A DNA stretch of 47,237 nucleotides from a virus (taxonomy: Duplodnaviria > Caudoviricetes), in IMG/VR virus record IMGVR_UViG_3300021476_000006, positions 1 through 47,237 of that record. The stretch is one strand, 5' to 3'. Below, one piece after another: positions 35,277 to 42,832 of this stretch. Positions within the stretch are counted from its first letter, which is position 1. Each line of letters begins with the position of its first letter. The notes below the pieces were generated by a model. That model was given only the letters and a program-made list of their open reading frames with translations, was not told the DNA's origin and searched no databases. The position numbers and the translations under genes are program-made.

Positions 35277-35876
35277 ATGGTCGCTCCAAATCCTCTCGGG
35301 CTTATAGTATGTAACAACCAGATTTTGGTAGATGCCTGTTTTCGCGCTTACCAAGATATAACTGGGCGGACCAGGTTTGAGATTTGGGTGCCAGATAGCT
35401 TAAGTCCCAAGCTAACTATAGTACTGGAATCTGATGGTACTATCGGTCGGATTGGACTGGGTGCGGACGTAGATGCGAACGCAATAGTTAACATCGGCGG
35501 TGATGTAAAGCTCAATCATGTAGTAGGAGCTACCGGTACTCCGACTGTAACATCTGGCACCGGTGCTGGTGCGAACGCAATTGTTGGTATCCAAGGAAAT
35601 GATGCGGCTGGTACTATTACCCTCACAACCTCTGTTCTGGATACTCCCACAGTTAATCTTCCTTTAGTAAACGTTACATTCAATACACCTTATACATCAG
35701 TGCCCAAAGTTATCCTGATGCCAGCTAACGCTACCTCGTTTGGTTTAGCCCCTAATTCATGGCAACTACTACAGGCTAATGTAACAGTTAATGGATTTAC
35801 GATTCTAGGAGGGACAGTAGCTCTTCCAGCTTTGATGGCCGCAGAGCATATCTGGAACTACGTAGTGATGCAGTAA
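35277..35876 (+). CDS. putative tail/fibre-associated protein
   Basis: GTPTVTSGTGAG...GNDAAGTITLTT...VTFNTPY...P.V.L.PAN beta domain. Confidence 0.55.
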   Translation: MVAPNPLGLIVCNNQILVDACFRAYQDITGRTRFEIWVPDSLSPKLTIVLESDGTIGRIGLGADVDANAIVNIGGDVKLNHVVGATGTPTVTSGTGAGANAIVGIQGNDAAGTITLTTSVLDTPTVNLPLVNVTFNTPYTSVPKVILMPANATSFGLAPNSWQLLQANVTVNGFTILGGTVALPALMAAEHIWNYVVMQ

Positions 35877-35881
35877 GTCTT

Positions 35882-37144
35882 ATGTTCCTATCGCTTGACT
35901 TTGTATTTACTGACGTTCCATCGCGAGTACTGGAAGTAACGGGTACTCCCGTAGAGATTCTCATGACCTTACCCCAATGGGGTGGGTCTGCGTTCTATTC
36001 TACCACTTATGCCGCGCCGGCTGTTGTATCGTTTGCTCCCTCTCCGTACCCGGTAATAGCTAGAGAAACAGCCCCTTCTCCAAACTTCTTCCAACCTGGC
36101 ACGATAGTCATAACGTCAGTACCTCCAGAGTTCGTACCACCTCCACCACCTCCACGCCCAGTTCTAGCCAAAGAAACGGCCCCACCCCCGGACTATACAC
36201 AATCTGGGGTAGTGGTGTTGTTATCAAGTGCTCAATATGTATCTCCGCCAGCACCTCCTTTAGCGGTAATAGCTAAAGAAACTGCCCCTACGCCAGATTT
36301 CTTAATACCTGGGTTTATCATTATTACTTCCCAGGCTCGGTTGGTGCCTCCACCACCGCCTCCTAAAGGGGTAGTAGCTAGAGAGACAGCACCATCGCCG
36401 GACTTTTTCTCACCTGGGATTGTTGTACCTACTACGCCATCGGTCGAAGAAGTACCTCCGCCTCCCCCACCATCTTCGGTGACTACTATCGTATGGACGG
36501 CGGCGAGTACTCCTATTGGGCAGGTACTAGAAGAAGATTCGGCATCTGATCCAGTCATAGCTAGAATGGGCAAGCCCCATATAAGCTCTGGTACGCCTCC
36601 TCCGTCGGTCCCTACACCACCTCCTGTATTAGCTCAGGAGACAGCACCTCCTCCACAACAACTACATCCTGGTGCCCAATTTACTCTTACGCCATCTCAA
36701 ATACCATTTACAGCCCCTCCATCTTCTCAGTATTTGACCATTATCCAGGCGATACCACAAGAAATCCCTGGAACCATGTACGATGTTAAGCAGCCCATAA
36801 CCTCTTTCGGCCCTCTGATCGCATTTGTTGCACCGCCAGCGCCTCCACCTCCCCTACCACCTCCTGGCAACCCTATGAATACTACTTCGGGGCAAACCGG
36901 TGGGTATGTAGTTCCTCCTCAGTGGATGGATGGCCCGGCGGGTAGTGGCACCGGAGCGAGTGGATCTTGGGCTCCGTCTACCGCTCCTGATTCCCCGAGA
37001 GGACCATTCGTCCCTCAGAAGTACCTGGTACTACAAGCCCAGCCCGGTAGGATCAAGTTTAGGGGAAGCAACGTCAAGTTTCAAATTGGCCCACCAAACA
37101 GACGGCAAGAAGAGGAAGAACTACTTCTCATACTGATTTCTTGA
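35882..37144 (+). CDS. proline-rich repeat protein
   Basis: About five PPP..V.A(R/K/Q)ETAP.P repeats; ends EEEELLLILIS. Confidence 0.6.
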   Translation: MFLSLDFVFTDVPSRVLEVTGTPVEILMTLPQWGGSAFYSTTYAAPAVVSFAPSPYPVIARETAPSPNFFQPGTIVITSVPPEFVPPPPPPRPVLAKETAPPPDYTQSGVVVLLSSAQYVSPPAPPLAVIAKETAPTPDFLIPGFIIITSQARLVPPPPPPKGVVARETAPSPDFFSPGIVVPTTPSVEEVPPPPPPSSVTTIVWTAASTPIGQVLEEDSASDPVIARMGKPHISSGTPPPSVPTPPPVLAQETAPPPQQLHPGAQFTLTPSQIPFTAPPSSQYLTIIQAIPQEIPGTMYDVKQPITSFGPLIAFVAPPAPPPPLPPPGNPMNTTSGQTGGYVVPPQWMDGPAGSGTGASGSWAPSTAPDSPRGPFVPQKYLVLQAQPGRIKFRGSNVKFQIGPPNRRQEEEELLLILIS

Positions 37145-37601
37145 TTTGTAGTACCTTTCTATGTACCATCCCCCTTTGCTCTTTCCTCCCTCCTGATTGC
37201 CAGTCCGGCTCTGTTCTACCTTCCCCTGAAAAAGTCAGGGTCTTGGTTCAGCACACCGAAGCCAAGTAACGGCTTTATTTCGGGATTAGCTGCTTCCGCA
37301 AAAGGTCGGAAGTCCTGGTGTCACAGCCGTCTGTGTAATCTATCGGTCGGTTTTTCACGAGAGTTGCTAAGCCTCTCCATTTCAGAAGAGGAGCTGGTGT
37401 GGCAGGTACAGCGGTTTCGCCGCCTCCTACTCTCGTGGGCACCCCTCAGTAATGGTTACTTTCCACCGCGCCCGAGCCCCTCCAGAACCCATTTCTGGGA
37501 ATCTGGACTGGCGAACCCACTGAGCCTACCCTGGGAAGCACGTATGTGGTATACTGAACCTGTTGGGTGGCGTGTCTGGGTTGGATAAACACGCCCAACG
37601 T

Positions 37602-37630
37602 GCTGCCTCCGGGTGTCCCCCGGAGGTAGC
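37602..37630. terminator. strong hairpin, terminator-like
   Basis: GCTGCCTCCGGG-TGTC-CCCGGAGGTAGC followed by TTTATTAT. Confidence 0.5.
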
Positions 37631-37711
37631 TTTATTATATGAACTTCATTCCTTATGAGCAAGGTATTATAATACCAGCAGCAGTAATACTTCTCCGGCT
37701 CAGACTGAGGT

Positions 37712-40700
37712 ATGCCACCCATGCCATCCACGCTCAAGAAGTTCGCTAAGTTTGTAGAGAAAGTTACGGGCCGGACTTATGACACCGAAGAGCTGAGTAG
37801 AGCAATTATTGTTGCCAAACAACAAGCAAGTTCCATTGCTAAAAAACTTGACGAGCAGGGTGGGGAAATGCCGGGAGAGGGTATATCACCGGTGGCGTTA
37901 GCCCGAGCAGATTTTGTGACATTTCCTGAAAATATTGAGGGTGCTACGTGTGCAAATTGCATTTTCAAAATTGATAATGGGGACAAAACCATATGCACTC
38001 ATCCCGTCATATTCGGTCAACCTGTAACAGATAGAAATTGTTGTATTTTCTGGAGTGGTCCGGGGACTCTCCGTCATTGGAGCGATATGGGGTATGAGAG
38101 TGGAGACGACTATGCCAAGGATCTTAAATCACAGATCATAAAAGACAGTTCTCGGCGCCCTCTACCACCTTCTGAAGATGATACAGCCCAAACTGCCGAT
38201 CCAATAGACCCTGAGTTATGGCAACAGTGTTTGTCTGCTGCTAATAGGCACACAGACATGGTAGATGGTCTGCAAGTCGTTTGGGTGGAAGCATCCAAAG
38301 TCAAAATAGCAGATGCTATGGACTTCATAGAAGGATCGAATGGGTATGTAAGAGAGTTCATACCTAAAGACCAGATTTGGATTGATACAGAGAATGCCAG
38401 TAAGAACTGGCCTTTTGTGATCTACCATGAAACGTTCGAGGTAAGGCTGCTTAAATCTGGAGAGACCTACGAAGAAGCTCATCTTCGCGCCAATGCAGCA
38501 GAGCGAGTCCTGCGAATGCAAGGGATTAAGAAGAGCAAACAACTCCCACCTCGTCTTGATCTAGTCACTAGCAACCCTCCGGTCATACCAAACTTGGAGA
38601 AAACAGATCCTGTATCTGTTAATCGTCAGAGAGGGCATGATATTCAGCTCATACCTCTAGCTGGAGAAACCTCTGCACAGATTTTGAGAGATGGAAAGAT
38701 TGTGTACCGAAGTCGAAGTTACAAGCTGCCAAAACAGGCTATGGAGGATGCGGGGCATTGGCTAGACCAGCAGTTTGGAACCGAGAAGCAATCAGAGTTC
38801 ATAGATCAGAATGAATCAGGGATGTACGAAACCGGTATAGAACATAATAGGACTAAGCTGCCTAATAAACTCCGAAATAGCCCTCTTTACATTTCCAGTG
38901 ACACTACCACCACGGACGGCAAAGATAGGGAGGCCAATATAGACCAGAGGGATGAGAATACCTTTTCTCCAGAAACCAAAAGTTCCTACTTTGAGGATTG
39001 TCCGAGAGATGAACATGGTCGATGTTTGCCAAGTGGCCAAACAGGAACCTCAGTAGGGGAGCCCGCATCTGCCAAACCCAATAGGGATAAGTTAAGACGG
39101 ACATTTATGTCCAGTACTCCAATTGCTACTTTGGCTGAATTCCCATCCGGTTTTGGGGAAGTGTACTTGGTGCAATTCAAAGGGAAGGAAAAAGGAGTTT
39201 TCAAAGTTGAGATTCCACCTGACGATTTATTGAGAAAGATTATAGGGGGTGGAAGTTTAAGTAAGAGAGAAGGAGCGGCATCTGCCATTGCAAATGTCAT
39301 TGGTTTAAATGATTTAGTTCCACTAACTGTAGAGAGAAGACAGCCAATAAACGGTAAATACGGAAGTATACAGCACTACATACCAAATACTACTTCTGGT
39401 AATAAACTAGAAGAATCTAAGATGTATGGGTCTAGCTTACTAGATGTAGCGAGAGCAGCTGCGTTTGACTATATTATAGGTAATCGGGACAGGCACCCCG
39501 GAAATTGGCTAGTGACTCCCCAAGGTAAACTTGTCCTTATCGATAATGGTGCGTCATTAGCTTATGAAGACCTCACTACCCATCCATATAGACACTCACT
39601 AGACTTAGATCCTTCGTTTATGGCCGAAGACTGGCTACTGTCTAAATCCTATGCAGAGAATCTACATATACCAACAGAGGTGGAATCTTGGGATTGGGAT
39701 GCTATAGCAGACGCATTAAGGACAACCGGTATAGGTAAGGTAGAGATATCCGGCGCAAAAAGAAGATTTGACCAACTTAGGAGTTCTAAGGATTTCCATG
39801 AATTAAATTCTAAGGATACTCTTAACGGGCATGTATGGGGACCTAATCAAGAGCAACAGAAAGGTTACTGGGGAGACAGTATCCAGGGCTCAGACCGTGG
39901 TGCCAATAACGACGAAGAAGATGATACTTTTGACCAAGAGTTTGAGGATTTTCTTCAGAACCACAACCTGAACGTCGGGGATCTGGGTAATGCCGACATG
40001 ATGATTATCGGTAGGGAAACACGGGAGAAAGGATCTTCTCAACCTCTTCATCATCCAGAAGAGGTAGGGGATAGTCCGCTAAAAGAAAACGGGTTGCCAC
40101 GTAATTACCCTACGGGTAAGGAAGATGAGGAGGAGGAGGAGGTTCCAGAGGAAGAAGAGCCACAAGCTATCGCGATTGATTTTGACGGGACTATCGCGGA
40201 CCACGAAGATAAGGATGGAGAAGACAATGACCTTGGCGAACAAGAGCCAAGAAAAGGCGTCAAAGAAGCTCTCAATAGATTCTGGGACGCCGGGCTCAAG
40301 ATTATTGTATGGACTTCCCGAGAGGATTTAGATGAGGTAGCTGACTGGATGGATGATTACAAACTCCCCTACGATGACGTTAACAACAATACAGAACAGG
40401 ATAATAACTCCAGGAAAATCAAGGCGGACGTGTACATAGACAACCGCGCCGTTCCCGCCGATATACCGTGGAAAGATATAACGGATGCGGTGTTCAATAA
40501 GCTGGGCAGAAAGAGATACCAGAGAACCAAACATTTGATCATTACTGGATCTTCAGGGGCCGGAAAAACCTATCTGTCGAAGAAAGTCAGCAAGGCTACA
40601 GGTTTGCCTATCCATCATTTGGATAATGAAGAAGATTGGAGTGCTGGGGGTATTCTTAAAGACGACCCGGATAGATTCAAGAAGGGAACAGCGTCGTACA

Positions 40701-41506
40701 CCAGGTTCCGTAAGCTACTGAAGCGGGTAATTCGGAAGGCTCTAAGTCGCAAGCATCCCCATATCCTGGAAGGATGCCAGTTCCTCCTTCATCCAGGAAC
40801 TTTGCGCGGACACGATATTCTCCTGATAGACGCGGATGAGGATACTGTTGTTCGCCAGAGGCTCCAGCGAGACGGGGAATACGGAAAGCTGAGGGGTGAC
40901 AACCGTTACGTTCGGGAGGGCAAGGCCAGGGATCTTTACTACAAATGGTTGCCGTACATAGACCGAATGAAGGCTTTCCCAGAGGTAAATCTGGTAACTC
41001 CGGAGGAACTTACCGCTGAAAAACTCCCAGACTGGGTGTCCAGTTTCTCTAAGAAAAAGAGTTTGGCTAGAAGGGTTGTGGTCAAAGGGATACCAAACCG
41101 CCTGACGTACAAACCAGATCCGATCATCCAGCGGTATGACACTGCAGAGCTGCTTCAGCCGTACAATAGGGAACCGGATTTCCAGACTCAACCGCGCTCG
41201 GGGGAAGCCAAGACCGCTCAGGGAGGACAAACCCTGGAAGCTGGCTCACTCACGAGCCCGATTGGCGTAGGCTTCAGAGAGAACACAACGACTCAGGCTG
41301 GGCTCAAAGCCCTTAGTTGGGTGTCTGCCATGCCCAAACCAAAAAACATGCTCAATCAGATTGTGCAAGAGTTTACTAGCAAACCCTCGGATGGTATAAC
41401 TGAGGAAACAGAAAAAGCACTCGGGGAGTCTAGTGGGCCGGCAGGAGGATTTTTAACAAATGAAGAGGTTCCTACCAAAACAGAGGAAAATGCCCAAACC
41501 TGGTGA
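37712..41506 (+). CDS. multi-domain (polyvalent-type) protein: Cys cluster, metallopeptidase-like, HipA/PI3-4-kinase-like, HAD phosphatase, P-loop kinase
   Basis: CANCIF..C..CCIFW; IWID...HETFE...EAH; VFK...RE.AA...DYIIGNRDRHPGN...LIDNG; IAIDFDGTI...WTSR...KADVYIDNRA; IITGSSGAGKT. Confidence 0.8.
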   Translation: MPPMPSTLKKFAKFVEKVTGRTYDTEELSRAIIVAKQQASSIAKKLDEQGGEMPGEGISPVALARADFVTFPENIEGATCANCIFKIDNGDKTICTHPVIFGQPVTDRNCCIFWSGPGTLRHWSDMGYESGDDYAKDLKSQIIKDSSRRPLPPSEDDTAQTADPIDPELWQQCLSAANRHTDMVDGLQVVWVEASKVKIADAMDFIEGSNGYVREFIPKDQIWIDTENASKNWPFVIYHETFEVRLLKSGETYEEAHLRANAAERVLRMQGIKKSKQLPPRLDLVTSNPPVIPNLEKTDPVSVNRQRGHDIQLIPLAGETSAQILRDGKIVYRSRSYKLPKQAMEDAGHWLDQQFGTEKQSEFIDQNESGMYETGIEHNRTKLPNKLRNSPLYISSDTTTTDGKDREANIDQRDENTFSPETKSSYFEDCPRDEHGRCLPSGQTGTSVGEPASAKPNRDKLRRTFMSSTPIATLAEFPSGFGEVYLVQFKGKEKGVFKVEIPPDDLLRKIIGGGSLSKREGAASAIANVIGLNDLVPLTVERRQPINGKYGSIQHYIPNTTSGNKLEESKMYGSSLLDVARAAAFDYIIGNRDRHPGNWLVTPQGKLVLIDNGASLAYEDLTTHPYRHSLDLDPSFMAEDWLLSKSYAENLHIPTEVESWDWDAIADALRTTGIGKVEISGAKRRFDQLRSSKDFHELNSKDTLNGHVWGPNQEQQKGYWGDSIQGSDRGANNDEEDDTFDQEFEDFLQNHNLNVGDLGNADMMIIGRETREKGSSQPLHHPEEVGDSPLKENGLPRNYPTGKEDEEEEEVPEEEEPQAIAIDFDGTIADHEDKDGEDNDLGEQEPRKGVKEALNRFWDAGLKIIVWTSREDLDEVADWMDDYKLPYDDVNNNTEQDNNSRKIKADVYIDNRAVPADIPWKDITDAVFNKLGRKRYQRTKHLIITGSSGAGKTYLSKKVSKATGLPIHHLDNEEDWSAGGILKDDPDRFKKGTASYTRFRKLLKRVIRKALSRKHPHILEGCQFLLHPGTLRGHDILLIDADEDTVVRQRLQRDGEYGKLRGDNRYVREGKARDLYYKWLPYIDRMKAFPEVNLVTPEELTAEKLPDWVSSFSKKKSLARRVVVKGIPNRLTYKPDPIIQRYDTAELLQPYNREPDFQTQPRSGEAKTAQGGQTLEAGSLTSPIGVGFRENTTTQAGLKALSWVSAMPKPKNMLNQIVQEFTSKPSDGITEETEKALGESSGPAGGFLTNEEVPTKTEENAQTW

Positions 41507-42002
41507 TAGGTATGGTAGATGGATTTTGGTAAAGTATCTAGGTAAGATGCAAAGGCATATCACCTATTTAGCCCGTTGCGATTGTGGTACAGAGAGCGAG
41601 GTTGTTGTAAAACACCTACGTCGCGGTCACTCTACTGGCTGCCGAAAGTGTAGTACCGTAGAGGAACGGAACAACCAATGGAATGGTGGGGTAAAACTGA
41701 ATCGCGGGTATAAAATGGTCCGACAGAAAGACCACCCTAGGTGTAATTGGGGTGGATATGTATTTGAGCATATCCTTGTCATGGAAAAAGTTGTAGGGAG
41801 ACACCTAACAAGAGTAGAAAGTGTACATCATAAAAATGGTGTTAAAACCGACAACCGCCCAGAAAACCTAGAATTATAGGCTTCTAGCCATCCTTCCGGC
41901 CAGAGAGTAGAAGATTTGGTAGAGTGGGCCAGAGAAATACTCTCTAAATATGAAACTTTGGTTCCAGTGCAAACAGGAGAAGACGACGATGGTAATGAGT
42001 AG
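41490..42002 (+). pseudogene. HNH homing endonuclease with in-frame TAG
   Basis: CDCG, WNGG, GYVFEHILVME...VHHKNGVKTDNRPENLEL*ASSHPSGQRVEDLVEWAREIL. TAG at 41877 sits where Trp (TGG) is expected. Confidence 0.8.
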
Positions 42003-42828
42003 TAAGGTGCCCTTAAACCTGAAGAAACTATTGACTCTGGCTGAAGAGATGTTTCCTGGGTGGATCGTGGAAGTTCATCCACTCTCTCAAACGGTAGAAG
42101 TAGAAGGTAACGAGGATACTATCAGTGGACCACCAAGACTAATGGACTATCACAGAGAAGCCGAACTCAAATCCGTTAAACCTTGCATAACCGACGAACA
42201 GATAGCAAAAGCTGTAGGTAAGTTCACTACAGTTCAATGTACTGCGAACACCTCTCCCCAAGAGACGGCACCAAGCGAGATTAGGGGTATCGCGTGGAGA
42301 AAACCCCATTACTGGTGTGTGCAGTTCCCTTGGTGGACCTCGCAGCTTGGCAGCTTCAAAATGAAGATGAAATCTCCCAACCCTGACCAGAGCTGGAGGG
42401 AATTCGCCAACTGCTGTCATAATGACTGGGTAAATTACGAACAAATATTCATCTGGATGGCCCCAACTGTCAACTCTACAGAAGTATGTGAACTGCGCCA
42501 TATCTCTATTGAGTGCACTAATGAAGTGAACCATAAAGGTATCGCTGTACGTGGGGAAGGCATGGATGGATTTCTGCCAGTACCAGGGGTGAATACGGAG
42601 TGTTGGATACCCATGAGAGAGATCATCCAGATCAAGGGTGTACAACATAATGAAAACCTGAGTCCAGTCGATGTTTCCAAGGTTGTTCCACCTCCCCGGA
42701 ATACTGCCGCAGCCATAGAGGGCGTAAATTTTACAGTACAAGATGCTCATAAGGAAATAGAGTGTACTTGCTCTACGGCTACGCTAATAACCGCTGGGTG
42801 TAAGTGCGGGGCAATGAAAAAAGAGTAG
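41989..42828 (+). CDS. hypothetical protein containing a portal-like fragment
   Basis: AGGAG SD; PNPDQ...IFIWMAP...CEL...IPMREIIQIK resembles the portal N-terminal region. Confidence 0.5.
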   Translation: MVMSSKVPLNLKKLLTLAEEMFPGWIVEVHPLSQTVEVEGNEDTISGPPRLMDYHREAELKSVKPCITDEQIAKAVGKFTTVQCTANTSPQETAPSEIRGIAWRKPHYWCVQFPWWTSQLGSFKMKMKSPNPDQSWREFANCCHNDWVNYEQIFIWMAPTVNSTEVCELRHISIECTNEVNHKGIAVRGEGMDGFLPVPGVNTECWIPMREIIQIKGVQHNENLSPVDVSKVVPPPRNTAAAIEGVNFTVQDAHKEIECTCSTATLITAGCKCGAMKKE

Positions 42829-42832
42829 TAAG

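Noticed and set aside
36040-36680. Periodic DNA repeats resembling a repeat-spacer array
   Set aside because: Explained by in-frame ETAP/poly-Pro protein repeats; not CRISPR.
41877-41879. TAG at a conserved Trp position as evidence of stop-codon reassignment
   Set aside because: TAG ends other genes normally (primase-helicase, terS) and long genes are open under code 11; a single TGG>TAG change is simpler.
42139-42750. 203-aa minus-strand ORF
   Set aside because: No recognisable motifs, unlike the intein antisense ORFs; treated as a shadow.
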